From NCBI GenBank assembly GCA_965603635.1, contig CBFDDT010000004.1:927-64926 (forward strand): DNA of 64,000 nucleotides, written 5' to 3'. The notes beneath the pieces are model-generated. The model made no database searches, was not told the origin of the DNA, and saw only the letters and a list, made by a program, of their open reading frames with translations. The position numbers and the translations under genes are program-made. This stretch comes from an uncultured bacterium. Its GTDB lineage: Bacteria; Pseudomonadota; Alphaproteobacteria; UBA8366; JADFVY01. Positions 46,700 to 56,254 of this stretch are shown here, piece after piece. Numbering within the stretch: position 1 is the stretch's first letter; every line of letters starts with the position of its first letter.

Positions 46700-48025
46700 C
46701 TAATCCACCAGCGTCCCCCACAGATCCGTCTCGTCCGCCTCATCTATTTCCACGCGGACGATGTCGCCTTGTTGCAGCTTCGTTGCGTCCTCGCTGTCGA
46801 TGAAGACGCAGCCGTCTACTTCCGGGGCGTCCCATTTGCTGCGGGCCACCGCGCCTTCGTCGTCCACCTCGTCGACGATGACCTCGATCATGCGGCCGAC
46901 TTTCTCCGCCAGCCGACTCTGACTGATTGCCATCTGGGTTTCCATCAGGCGTTGCCAGCGTTGTTCCTTGATCTCCTCGGGCACCTGGTCCGGCAGGTCC
47001 CGGGAGGGCGCGCCGGCCACGTTTTCGTACTTGAAGGCGCCGGCGCGGTCGATTTGCGCTTCCTCCATCCAGTCCAGCAGATATTCGAACTGTTCCTCGG
47101 TCTCGCCGGGGAAACCGACGATGAAGGTGGAGCGGATGGCCAGATCCGGGCAGACCTTGCGCCAGCCCTCGATACGTTCCAGCAGCTTCGTCTGGTCTGC
47201 CGGACGCTTCATGGCGCGCAGCACGTCCGGGTGCGCATGCTGAAACGGAATGTCGAGATAGGGCAGGATCTTGCCCTCGGCCATCAGCGGGATGACATCG
47301 TCCACATGCGGATAGGGATAGACGTAATGCAGCCTGACCCAGGCGCCCAGCTCGCCCAGCGCGGCGGCAAGGTCGAGGAAGCGCGCAGCGACTGGTTGGC
47401 CGCGCCACTCGCTTTTCGCGTATTTCAGGTCCAGGCCATAGGCGCTGGTGTCCTGGCTGATCACCAGCAGTTCCTTGACACCGGCGGCGACCAGCCGTTC
47501 GGCCTCGCCCAGCACGTCGCCCGCCGGGCGGCTGTCCAGCTTGCCGCGCAGCGCCGGAATAATGCAGAAGCTGCATTTGTTGTTGCAGCCCTCGGAAATC
47601 TTCAGGAAGGCGTAATGGCGCGGCGTCAGATGCAGCCCTTCCGGCGGCACCAGGTCGAGGAACGGATCGTGCGCCGGCGGCACGGCCTCATGCACCGCGT
47701 TGACCACCGCCTCGTACTGATGCGGTCCGGTGACCGCCAGTACGTTTGGGTGCGCGTCGCGAATGCCGGACTCGTCCACGCCCATGCAGCCGGTGACCAC
47801 GACGCGGCCGTTGCGGGCCATGGCCTCGCCGATGGCCTCCAGGCTCTCGGCCCGGGCGCTGTCGAGAAAGCCGCAGGTGTTGACGATGACGACGTCGGCG
47901 CCTTCGTAGGAACCGGTGATCTCGTAACCCTCGGCGGTGAGGCGCGTTACGATGCGTTCGGAATCGACCAGCGCCTTGGCGCAGCCCAGGCTGACGATGC
48001 CGACTTTGGGGGATGTGTTCTGCAT
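46700..48025 (-). CDS. rimO: Ribosomal protein S12 methylthiotransferase RimO
   Basis: [60 protein letters not shown] domain. Confidence 0.97.
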   Translation of the reverse strand: MQNTSPKVGIVSLGCAKALVDSERIVTRLTAEGYEITGSYEGADVVIVNTCGFLDSARAESLEAIGEAMARNGRVVVTGCMGVDESGIRDAHPNVLAVTGPHQYEAVVNAVHEAVPPAHDPFLDLVPPEGLHLTPRHYAFLKISEGCNNKCSFCIIPALRGKLDSRPAGDVLGEAERLVAAGVKELLVISQDTSAYGLDLKYAKSEWRGQPVAARFLDLAAALGELGAWVRLHYVYPYPHVDDVIPLMAEGKILPYLDIPFQHAHPDVLRAMKRPADQTKLLERIEGWRKVCPDLAIRSTFIVGFPGETEEQFEYLLDWMEEAQIDRAGAFKYENVAGAPSRDLPDQVPEEIKEQRWQRLMETQMAISQSRLAEKVGRMIEVIVDEVDDEGAVARSKWDAPEVDGCVFIDSEDATKLQQGDIVRVEIDEADETDLWGTLVD

Positions 48026-48089
48026 GGCGGGTGATATAGGGCAGGAGAGCGGGGATTCCCAGCGGATTCATTGTTGGCCCGCCCGCCCG

Positions 48090-48140
48090 CTGAAACACAA
48101 CTGAAACATTTCGCTCGCCACACGACGCGCTACTGAAATA
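48090..48140. promoter_or_regulatory. Direct repeats, candidate OmpR-family binding site
   Basis: CTGAAACA at 48090 and 48101 (11-bp spacing) and CTGAAATA at 48133, upstream of the kinase-regulator pair. Confidence 0.5.
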
Positions 48141-48231
48141 CAGCGCTGGCATCATGCCTGTCATGGCAAACTAGCGGAATCTGCGCGGGGGCCATGTTTT
48201 GGACGGGTAAAGGGCCGCCTTCAGGGCGCCC

Positions 48232-51200
48232 ATGCAATTGTACGGGACCGGGATGAGCAGGAATGTAAGCGACATGGAACTGGCCGATCTCGCCGCCGAC
48301 GAGGCGCGGCGGGCGCTGCTGGATTTCGCGGTATCGCACTCGCCGGCGATCTTCTATGTCGCCGAACTCGGCGGTAAACAGCCGGTACGTTTCATCAGCG
48401 GCAATGTCGAGACGATCACCGGCCACAAGGTGTCCAACTTCCTTGCCGACGCCAAATATGGCCGCGAATTCGTCCATCCCGAGGATCTGCCCGAATATCA
48501 TCTGGCGCTGCGGCGGTTAAAGCGCGACGGGGCGATTACCCATGAATACCGCTTCGCCGGCGCCGACGGCGAATACCGCTGGTTCCGCGACGAGTTGCGT
48601 CTGGTCGGCGAGGACAGGAAAAAGGCCAAGGAATTCGTCGGCTGCATGATCGATATCTCGGCCGAGCGCGAAGCCGCGGATAAGCTGCGCCATGCCGAGG
48701 GCGTTAACGACGCCATTATCCGCACCGCCATGGACGCCATCGTCAGCGCCGACGAATACGGCATGGTTATCGAATTCAACCCCGCCGCCGAGGCAATGTT
48801 CGGCTATAGCCGCAAGGAGACCGTCGGGCGCAGCCTCAGCGAACTTATCATCCCCGAGGCGTATCGCGAGCGGCATGAGGCGGGCATCGCCAAGCTGCTG
48901 AAGACCGGCAAATCGAAAATCGCAAATCGTCGGATGCAGGTGGAGGCCATGCGCGCCGACGGCTCTACCTTCCCGGCCGAACTGACGATCGGCCAGGCGG
49001 ACCTGGGTAGCCACGGTATTTTTGTCGGTGAAATCCGCGACATGACGAAGCAGCGGGAAGAGCGGGCCGAACGAAAACAATTGTCCAATGTCCTCGACAA
49101 CGCCCTGAAAATATTACCCAGCGGCCTGGCCGTAACCGGCGTCGATGGTAAAATCATCCACTGCAACGATGCCTTCGCACGCCCCTTCGGCACCAAGGCG
49201 GACGATATAACGGGCCGCGACAAATCGGAAGTATTCGCCGAATTGATGAGCAAGGTGGAAAGCTTTGAGGAAGGGGTGGTCGGCGGCGGCACGGTCGATA
49301 TCGGCGATATCGAGAACTGGATGGTCAACGGCACGCCGGCCCCGCTGGAGCTGCAATGGGACGATGGCGATTGGGCATTGCTCAGTTGCACGCCAACGTC
49401 GGACGGCGGTTTCGTGACGGTCCTGACCGATGTCACGGCGCTTAAAACCGCCGAACTGGAACAGCGCAAAAGTGAGGAATTGACCCGCCACGTGGTGGAA
49501 AACAGCCCGGTCCCGGTCAGCATGATTCGCATGGAGGACGCGGCGGTCATTTATGAAAGCCCCGCCATGCGTGAATTGTTCGGCGTGCTGCCTGAGCGAG
49601 CTGGTACGCATGTGCGCGATTTTGCGGTCGATCCGGCGGAACAGAAAGCGCTTGCCCGCAAGGTTCTGCGCGAAGGCGATATTGATGGCTACGAAATGCT
49701 GTTCCGCAAGACCGACGGAACGAAATTCTGGGGCGAGATATCGGTCCGGCTGATCGATTATCACGGAGAGACAGCCGCCGTCGCCGCGATTTTCGACCTG
49801 ACAGAACGCCGCGAAAACGAGGAGATGGTCCGACGGATTCTCGAGGCCAGCCCGGCGCCGATCACCATGGTGGGGCGTGACGATGGCCGCATTATCTATT
49901 GCAGCCCGGCGCAACTGGAGGTCTTCGGGGTCGAAGAAATCCCAACGAATATGGAGGCGTTTGGCCTCTACGTGGATACGCGCGACCGCGACCACTTTGT
50001 CGCGGAAATTAAAAGATCGGGCCGCATCGACGGTTTCGAAGTACTGATGAAGCGACTCGACAATACCGAATTCTGGGCCTCGATATCGGCGCGTGGGATT
50101 GAGTACCGCGGTGAGGAAGTGCTGGTGTCGGTGGTGCGGGACATGACCGATCAGATGGCGGTCGAGGAAGAGATGGCGCGCCAGCGCGAGACCCTGCATC
50201 AGCGCGAGAAGTTGAGCGCGCTGGGCGAGGTGCTGGCCGGCGTCGCACATGAACTGAACAACCCGCTGTCCGTGGTCGTCGGCCAGGCGTTGATGCTGAA
50301 GGAAACGGCAACGCAGCCCAAGAATGTTGAGCGCGCGCGCAAGATCAGCGAGGCTGCCGACCGCTGCGCGCGGATCGTCAAGACCTTCCTGGCGATGGCC
50401 CGCCAGCAGCCCGCCGAGTCCCTGCCGGTCGATATCAACGAGGTGGTGGAATCGGCGATGGAGGTGACGGGTTATTCCCTGCGCTCGGCGGATATCGATA
50501 TCATTTTGAAACTGGCGCCGGACCTGCCGCCGGTTCTGGGCGACGCCTCGCAGCTGGGCCAGGTCGTGACCAACCTGCTGCTCAACGCGCAGCAGGCGCT
50601 GGCGGAGGTCAGCAGCCGCCGGCGGGTTGAGGTCTCCACCGAATTCGACAAGCAGGACCGAAGGGTCAATATCACCATCCGCGATAACGGCCCCGGCATA
50701 CCGGCGGATCTGAAGGCGCGTATTTTCGAGCCGCTGTTCACGACCAAGGGCGAGGGTTCGGGCACCGGTATCGGGCTTGCCCTGTGTAACCGGATTGTCG
50801 AGGTGCATGGCGGCAAGATCAAGCTGGACAGCCGCGAGGGTTACGGGGCGCGGTTCGTTATCCGTCTGCCGGCATCGACGCTGACCTCGCGGGCGCCGGA
50901 GGAAGTGGAGGAGGCCCGGAATTCCGACCACCCGTTGCGCGTGCTGGTCATCGACGACGAAGAAGATGTAGCCGACCTGCTGGCCGAGATTCTTGAACTT
51001 TCGGGCTACGAGGTGATGGCCGCGGGGTCCGGCGCCGACGCGCTGCGCCTGATCGAACGCGAAGATTTCGATGTCGTGCTCAGCGATGTCCGCATGCCCC
51101 ATCTGGACGGCCCCGCGCTCTATAACATACTCAGGGAACGCAAGCCGGACCTTGCCGACCGACTGGCCTTCGTTACCGGCGACACGATGAGCCCCAAGGC

Positions 51201-51300
51201 GCGCCGTTTCCTGGAATCCACCGACCGGCCCTATATCGAGAAACCGATCAATCCCAAGGAAGTCAGGAGACTGGTGCTGCGCCTGCTGGAAGAGGCCTGA
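48232..51300 (+). CDS. Cytoplasmic multi-PAS hybrid histidine kinase
   Basis: About five PAS/PAC modules, no TM segment; AHELNNPL, DNGPGIP, LFTTK, GTGIGL, C-terminal REC. Start may be 48253 or 48274. Confidence 0.93.
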   Translation: MQLYGTGMSRNVSDMELADLAADEARRALLDFAVSHSPAIFYVAELGGKQPVRFISGNVETITGHKVSNFLADAKYGREFVHPEDLPEYHLALRRLKRDGAITHEYRFAGADGEYRWFRDELRLVGEDRKKAKEFVGCMIDISAEREAADKLRHAEGVNDAIIRTAMDAIVSADEYGMVIEFNPAAEAMFGYSRKETVGRSLSELIIPEAYRERHEAGIAKLLKTGKSKIANRRMQVEAMRADGSTFPAELTIGQADLGSHGIFVGEIRDMTKQREERAERKQLSNVLDNALKILPSGLAVTGVDGKIIHCNDAFARPFGTKADDITGRDKSEVFAELMSKVESFEEGVVGGGTVDIGDIENWMVNGTPAPLELQWDDGDWALLSCTPTSDGGFVTVLTDVTALKTAELEQRKSEELTRHVVENSPVPVSMIRMEDAAVIYESPAMRELFGVLPERAGTHVRDFAVDPAEQKALARKVLREGDIDGYEMLFRKTDGTKFWGEISVRLIDYHGETAAVAAIFDLTERRENEEMVRRILEASPAPITMVGRDDGRIIYCSPAQLEVFGVEEIPTNMEAFGLYVDTRDRDHFVAEIKRSGRIDGFEVLMKRLDNTEFWASISARGIEYRGEEVLVSVVRDMTDQMAVEEEMARQRETLHQREKLSALGEVLAGVAHELNNPLSVVVGQALMLKETATQPKNVERARKISEAADRCARIVKTFLAMARQQPAESLPVDINEVVESAMEVTGYSLRSADIDIILKLAPDLPPVLGDASQLGQVVTNLLLNAQQALAEVSSRRRVEVSTEFDKQDRRVNITIRDNGPGIPADLKARIFEPLFTTKGEGSGTGIGLALCNRIVEVHGGKIKLDSREGYGARFVIRLPASTLTSRAPEEVEEARNSDHPLRVLVIDDEEDVADLLAEILELSGYEVMAAGSGADALRLIEREDFDVVLSDVRMPHLDGPALYNILRERKPDLADRLAFVTGDTMSPKARRFLESTDRPYIEKPINPKEVRRLVLRLLEEA

Positions 51301-51409
51301 CAATCGCACTGTCCGTTTCGGAGCCGGTTGAATTCTGATAAAGAGAATAATAGTACCAAGAGCGCGTGGACCGCAGTGGCATCTGTTTTGGCGGGGGAAG
51401 CAAGGGGAT

Positions 51410-52135
51410 ATGAGCAAGGAGGTTCACCTCGTCGTCGTGGACGACGAACCGGATATTCGTGAAATGCTGCAGGAATATCTGGAAATGCAGGGCTTCCAGG
51501 TAACCGCCGCCGACGGCGGCGAGGCATTGCGAGCGATCGTCGCCGATGGGCGCGTCGATCTGGTGATCCTGGATATCACCATGCCGGGCGAGGACGGGCT
51601 GTCCCTGGCCAGGTTCCTGCGTGAAAAACACGATGTCGGCATTATCATGCTGACCGGGGCCGGCGATATAATAGACCGCATTATCGGGCTGGAGGTCGGG
51701 GCCGACGACTATCTCGCCAAGCCGGTCAATTTGCGCGAACTGCTGGCCCGTGTAAAGGCCGTGCTGCGGCGCGCCGACGGCAAGACCGCGGCCGGGGCGG
51801 AACCGGCGAAAGAGCCAGCCGATACCATCCAGTTCGGGAAATGCACGCTCGATATGGCGGCGCATCGGCTAATCGACGAGGGTGGCGAGGAAGTCGCGAT
51901 CACCGCCATGGAATTCGACCTGATGTGCGCCTTCGCCGAACGCCCCAACCGGGTACAGAGCCGCGACCAATTGCTGGAACTGGCGCATAATCGCGGCTGG
52001 GAGCCCTTTGACCGCAGCATCGACATTCGCATCGCCCGCCTGCGCCGCAAGATCGAGGAAAATCCGTCCGAGCCGAAAATTCTGAAAACCGTGCGCGGCG
52101 CCGGTTATGTCTTTTCGCCGGACGGCGACGACTGA
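51410..52135 (+). CDS. OmpR-family response regulator
   Basis: VVDDE, LDITMPGEDG, GADDY.AKP, FDRSIDIRIARLRRKIE, KTVRGAGY. Confidence 0.95.
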   Translation: MSKEVHLVVVDDEPDIREMLQEYLEMQGFQVTAADGGEALRAIVADGRVDLVILDITMPGEDGLSLARFLREKHDVGIIMLTGAGDIIDRIIGLEVGADDYLAKPVNLRELLARVKAVLRRADGKTAAGAEPAKEPADTIQFGKCTLDMAAHRLIDEGGEEVAITAMEFDLMCAFAERPNRVQSRDQLLELAHNRGWEPFDRSIDIRIARLRRKIEENPSEPKILKTVRGAGYVFSPDGDD

Positions 52136-52181
52136 CATCAGGGCTCATCACCAATTTCCTCTTTGGTTGCAAATGGTTGTG

Positions 52182-52211
52182 TTGACATTCCGGCGCGGCT
52201 GGCGTGATACT
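52182..52211 (+). promoter_or_regulatory. Candidate sigma70 promoter for tctCBA
   Basis: TTGACA-N18-GATACT. Confidence 0.5.
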
Positions 52212-52284
52212 GTGTCTCGAAATCAGGGTGTTCCGGAACTTCAGCAAGCTAATACGGGATGCCGAAATAAACTGGGAGGAACCT

Positions 52285-53298
52285 ATGACTAAACTATACT
52301 GGCCTACTAACCGTCGCACTTTCCTGAAAGGCAGCATTGCGGCCGGCGCCGCGGCGGCCTTGCCGCTTGGATCGGCCTTCGGGGCCGGATTTCCGGACCG
52401 CAACATGCAGATTTACGTGCCGACCCGCGAAGGCGGCGGCGCGGACCGCAACCAGCGCGCCTTTACCGGTGTCTGGAAGAAATACCTGAACGCGGAGTTC
52501 GAGGCGTCCTTCTATCCCGGCGCCGCGGGCAGGGTTGGATATGAAAAATACATGGGGCTGGCAAAGCCCGACTGCCATGAGTTGATCTTCGGCAATATGG
52601 GGCCGGAAGTGCTGAACTGGGTCGTCCAGCCACCGACCTTCGATCTCAACGATTTCATGTATATCGCGCGGGTCGACCAGGATCCGGGCATCGTGTTCGT
52701 CAAGCGCGACGGGCCGCTGCAGACCATCGATGACATCGTCGCCGAGGGCAAGAAGCGCACGCTCAATGTCGGTGTCAGCCGTCTGGCGCATCCTGCGACG
52801 CTTGGCATCCTGGCGCTGGGCCGCCATACCGGAGCCAGCTTCAACCCGATCCCGTTGAGCGGCGGCAAGAACACCCGCGCCGGCGTCGAGACCGGCGAGA
52901 TGGACCTCGCGGCATTGCCCGCGGGCGGCATCGTCAACCGGCCGAAGAACTTCAAGGTCGTGCTGATGTTCACCCACAAAAACCCGCTTCCCGACCGATC
53001 CGACAATGCACCGACCGTGAACGCCAAATTCGGGACCAATCTGCCCGATCTGGTGGCCGGCGCGCGGGCTTTTGGTATCAAGAAAGAGGCGATCGAGAAA
53101 AATCCCGACCGATTCAAGATCCTGACCGAAACGCTGCTGAAGGTATTCGACGATCCAGACTACAAGGAAGCGATCGTCAAGACCAAGGCGCCGTGGGAGT
53201 TCATCGGCTATGGCAACGCGGATGAGTGCGCCGCCTACGCCAAGGCGATGACCGACATCGGCAAGGATTACAAAGACCTGCTGACCGGCAAGGGCTGA
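52285..53298 (+). CDS. tctC: Tripartite tricarboxylate transporter substrate-binding protein (TctC/Bug), Tat signal
   Basis: NRRTFL Tat motif after GGAGG; FP.R....YVP...GGGAD, PGAAG.VG, IP.SGG. Confidence 0.88.
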   Translation: MTKLYWPTNRRTFLKGSIAAGAAAALPLGSAFGAGFPDRNMQIYVPTREGGGADRNQRAFTGVWKKYLNAEFEASFYPGAAGRVGYEKYMGLAKPDCHELIFGNMGPEVLNWVVQPPTFDLNDFMYIARVDQDPGIVFVKRDGPLQTIDDIVAEGKKRTLNVGVSRLAHPATLGILALGRHTGASFNPIPLSGGKNTRAGVETGEMDLAALPAGGIVNRPKNFKVVLMFTHKNPLPDRSDNAPTVNAKFGTNLPDLVAGARAFGIKKEAIEKNPDRFKILTETLLKVFDDPDYKEAIVKTKAPWEFIGYGNADECAAYAKAMTDIGKDYKDLLTGKG

Positions 53299-53320
53299 CG
53301 CGCCCTTCCAAATTAAAATA

Positions 53321-53350
53321 GCCAGCCGGACAGGATGCTGCCCGGCTGGC
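53321..53350. terminator. Hairpin after tctC
   Basis: GCCAGCCGGACAG...CTGCCCGGCTGGC followed by a pyrimidine run. Confidence 0.6.
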
Positions 53351-53418
53351 ATCTTTCTCTTGTTTGACGGCTCCCGGTCGCGGCTATGCCGCGGCTGCAG
53401 TCTGGGACAGGTTGCTAA

Positions 53419-53931
53419 ATGGACAACGAATCGAATTCGGGCGAACCCGAGAAGAAGCATATCGGCAGCGATCTGGTCATCCCGGCCGTCGCACTGGTCT
53501 TTACGCTCTATTATTTTTCCACCATTATCAATTCACCCTGGACCGCCCAGGTCAGCGCCTTTTTTATCGGCGCCGTGCTGATTGCCCTGATCGGAGCCTT
53601 CTTCATTTACAGCCTGCTGTCGCTAAGGCGAGGAGAGGCGGATCTTGGGTTTCAGCGGCTGACGGAACCGCTCTCCTTCATTCCCCGGCGCGCCGCTTTG
53701 TTCGCGCTCACCCTGTTCTTCATCTTTTTCGTCGAGTGGGGCGGATTTACCATAACGGTATTCATTTTTCTGAGCGGCGCGATGCTGCTGCTGAGCCGCG
53801 GGCGGAACTGGAAATTTATTCTCGCCCTGTCGGCCGTGCTCGCGATCGGCGGTTATTTCCTGTTCGTTTATGCGTTTGAGGTCAGGTTTCCGAAGGGGCC
53901 ATTCGAGATGATGATGGCGCAGGTGCTCTGA
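53419..53931 (+). CDS. tctB: TctB-family small membrane subunit
   Basis: 4-5 TM segments, C-terminal F.V.FPKGP; lies between tctC and tctA. Confidence 0.85.
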   Translation: MDNESNSGEPEKKHIGSDLVIPAVALVFTLYYFSTIINSPWTAQVSAFFIGAVLIALIGAFFIYSLLSLRRGEADLGFQRLTEPLSFIPRRAALFALTLFFIFFVEWGGFTITVFIFLSGAMLLLSRGRNWKFILALSAVLAIGGYFLFVYAFEVRFPKGPFEMMMAQVL

Positions 53932-53932
53932 G

Positions 53933-55447
53933 ATGGAATTCGATTCCGGCCTTTTCATTGAACTCTTCACCCGCATGTTCGGCTTCTGGTGGGTGATTGT
54001 GCCGGCCATTTTTCTGGGTCTGATCGTCGGCGCCATTCCCGGTTTCAGCGCCGCGAATACCATCATCATCCTGCTGCCGCTGACACTGTCGATGGACCCG
54101 GAGACCGGTTTGGTCTTCATGGTGGCGATCTACGCCTCATCGCGCATGGGCGCGGGCATCCCGGCGATCCTGGTGAATATCCCCGGCACCGCCGGCGCCG
54201 CGGCGACGCCGCTGGACGGCTATCCCATGACCAAGCAGGGGCGCAGTCATCAGGCGCTGTCCATATCCTTCGTCTCGTCCGTGGCGGGCGGATTGCTGAC
54301 CACGGTCGTGGCGCTGCTCGCCATGCCCTGGCTGTCGCAGGTCGCTTATTATCTGCATAGCGTCGAGATGATCGTTGTCATGCTGTTCGGCATCTCGCTG
54401 ATCGCCTCGATCGCCGCGCGCGACACACTAAAGGGCCTGATCGCCGGTTTCTTCGGCCTGATGCTGGGCTCCATCGGTGCCGACGTCGTCTACGCCACGC
54501 CACGCGGCACGATGGGCTTCCTGGAGCTTTATGACGGCGTGCCGCTGATCCCGGCCCTGGTCGGGCTATTCGCCGTATCGGAAGCCTTCGTCGTGATCGA
54601 ACGCCGGTCTATCATCTCCGACGAAGGCCAGAAACTGATGGAAGAGGCCGGCTGGGCCGAGACCTGGGAAGGGGTTAAACTCGCCGGTTCGAAATGGTGG
54701 CATATCATCTGGACCAGCATGATCGGGCTGGTCATTGGCGTGGTACCCGGCGCCGGCGCGTCGATCGCGTCCTTTGTCGCTTACCAGCAGTCGCGTACCT
54801 ATTCCAAGACGCCGGAATTATACGGCACCGGCCATGTGGAGGGGCTTGTGGCCCCGGAATCCGCCAATAACGGCGTAACGTCCGGTACGCTGATTCCGCT
54901 TCTGGTGATCGGCATTCCCGGCGGCGCAACGGCGGCCATCATGCTGGTGGTGTTGCAATATCACGGCGTCACCGTCGGGCCGGACCTATTCAACGACAGT
55001 CCCCAACTGGCCTACGCGCCCTTTACCGCGATGGCGGTAACCTACTTCCTGATGATTTTCACCATCCTGCCGCTGGCGCGCTATATGTCGAAGGTAACGG
55101 TCGTCTCCACCACCTACATGGCGCCGGTCATAATCTCCTTTACCCTGGTCGGCGCCTTCGTGTCGCGCGACTATATGTTCGACATGTATCTGGCGCTGGT
55201 GTTCGGCATAATCGGCTATATCGCGCGCAAGACCGGATATCACGTCGCCGCCATCCTGATTGGCGTGATCCTGGGGCCGCTGCTGGAAAAATATTTCCTG
55301 ATCGCGCTGCAAATGTCGCAGGGCGATATCATGGTGCTGTTCTCATCAAAACTGGGCAACGTGTTGTGGGTCGGACTGTTCCTGTCGGTCGGCCTTTCGC
55401 TCTATTTCGAGAAGCGCAAGAAACCCGGGAAGGCGGCCGATGGGTAA
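53933..55447 (+). CDS. tctA: TctA-family large permease
   Basis: GAIPG, AILVNIPG..GAAAT.LDGYPM, G.VPGAGA, APESANN, GIPG, GVILGPLLE. Confidence 0.92.
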   Translation: MEFDSGLFIELFTRMFGFWWVIVPAIFLGLIVGAIPGFSAANTIIILLPLTLSMDPETGLVFMVAIYASSRMGAGIPAILVNIPGTAGAAATPLDGYPMTKQGRSHQALSISFVSSVAGGLLTTVVALLAMPWLSQVAYYLHSVEMIVVMLFGISLIASIAARDTLKGLIAGFFGLMLGSIGADVVYATPRGTMGFLELYDGVPLIPALVGLFAVSEAFVVIERRSIISDEGQKLMEEAGWAETWEGVKLAGSKWWHIIWTSMIGLVIGVVPGAGASIASFVAYQQSRTYSKTPELYGTGHVEGLVAPESANNGVTSGTLIPLLVIGIPGGATAAIMLVVLQYHGVTVGPDLFNDSPQLAYAPFTAMAVTYFLMIFTILPLARYMSKVTVVSTTYMAPVIISFTLVGAFVSRDYMFDMYLALVFGIIGYIARKTGYHVAAILIGVILGPLLEKYFLIALQMSQGDIMVLFSSKLGNVLWVGLFLSVGLSLYFEKRKKPGKAADG

Positions 55448-55460
55448 CGCCGTGGGCTGC

Positions 55461-56162
55461 CTATTCCAGCCCCGCCTCGGCACAGATCCGACGGGCCTCG
55501 GTGGTGCCCATAAAGGCCAGCAGCGCCCGGGCCGGTTCGGTCGCGTCGGTCAGAAGCCCCACGGCATAGGTCGTTTTCTTTCCGACCTCTTGCGGCAACG
55601 GGCCGACCAGCATGACCCCGCCCCCCTCGAATCGCTTAATCTCGGTAACCTGGCCAAATCCGATTTCGCTGGGGGCCTTGCCCTCGGCCAGCCGCACCAT
55701 CACGCCGCTCCCGCTCGGGAGCCGTTCGGTTCTGGCCGCCAATTCCTTTGCCAGCCCCAAGCGCTCGATCATGTCGGAAATATGCTGGCCGCTGGAGGCC
55801 ATGTTGTAGAAGATTGCGTCGGCGGCCAGCAGCGCCGCCTTGAGGGTCTCGACCGAGGAAATGTCGGGTGGCGGCACGCCTTCGCGAACCGCGACGCCGG
55901 CCGTAACCGAACCGACAACAATCTCCGTGCCGCGTTCAATATGGCCCGCGGCGACGCAGTCCTCCATGAGAGGGACCGGCGCCACAAGCAGGTCCGCGGC
56001 CGCCTCGCCCTTTTCGACCCGCTCGCGCAGAACCGGCGCAGTGGCGAATGCGACATCGACCTCGTGCCCGGTTTTTCGGGCGAAGTTGCTGGCGCAACGG
56101 CCGACGCCCAGTTTGGGCGCGCCGGCGCTCAGGATATGAATTTTCGCGAAACCATTCGCCAT
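55461..56162 (-). CDS. ModA-like substrate-binding-fold protein without a clear signal peptide
   Basis: LSAGA, GVAVREG.P.PDISS, ASSG.H, GPLP.E...TTY. Confidence 0.8.
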   Translation of the reverse strand: MANGFAKIHILSAGAPKLGVGRCASNFARKTGHEVDVAFATAPVLRERVEKGEAAADLLVAPVPLMEDCVAAGHIERGTEIVVGSVTAGVAVREGVPPPDISSVETLKAALLAADAIFYNMASSGQHISDMIERLGLAKELAARTERLPSGSGVMVRLAEGKAPSEIGFGQVTEIKRFEGGGVMLVGPLPQEVGKKTTYAVGLLTDATEPARALLAFMGTTEARRICAEAGLE

Positions 56163-56203
56163 CAACCACCCCTTTCGTATGGGTATCATAGAGATTTATA
56201 ACA

Positions 56204-56232
56204 GGGTGTGCGATTGGATTTATCGCACGCCC
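56204..56232. promoter_or_regulatory. Inverted repeat in the divergent intergenic region
   Basis: GGGTGTGCGAT-N7-ATCGCACGCCC, 10 of 11 positions complementary. Confidence 0.55.
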
Positions 56233-56254
56233 GGGTAATGTGAGGAATCGGAGA

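Noticed and set aside
49114-51417. 767-aa minus-strand ORF, and similar ones at 43229-45217, 40516-42330, 31287-33116 and 17029-18588
   Set aside because: All lie opposite well-supported genes and lack recognisable domains.
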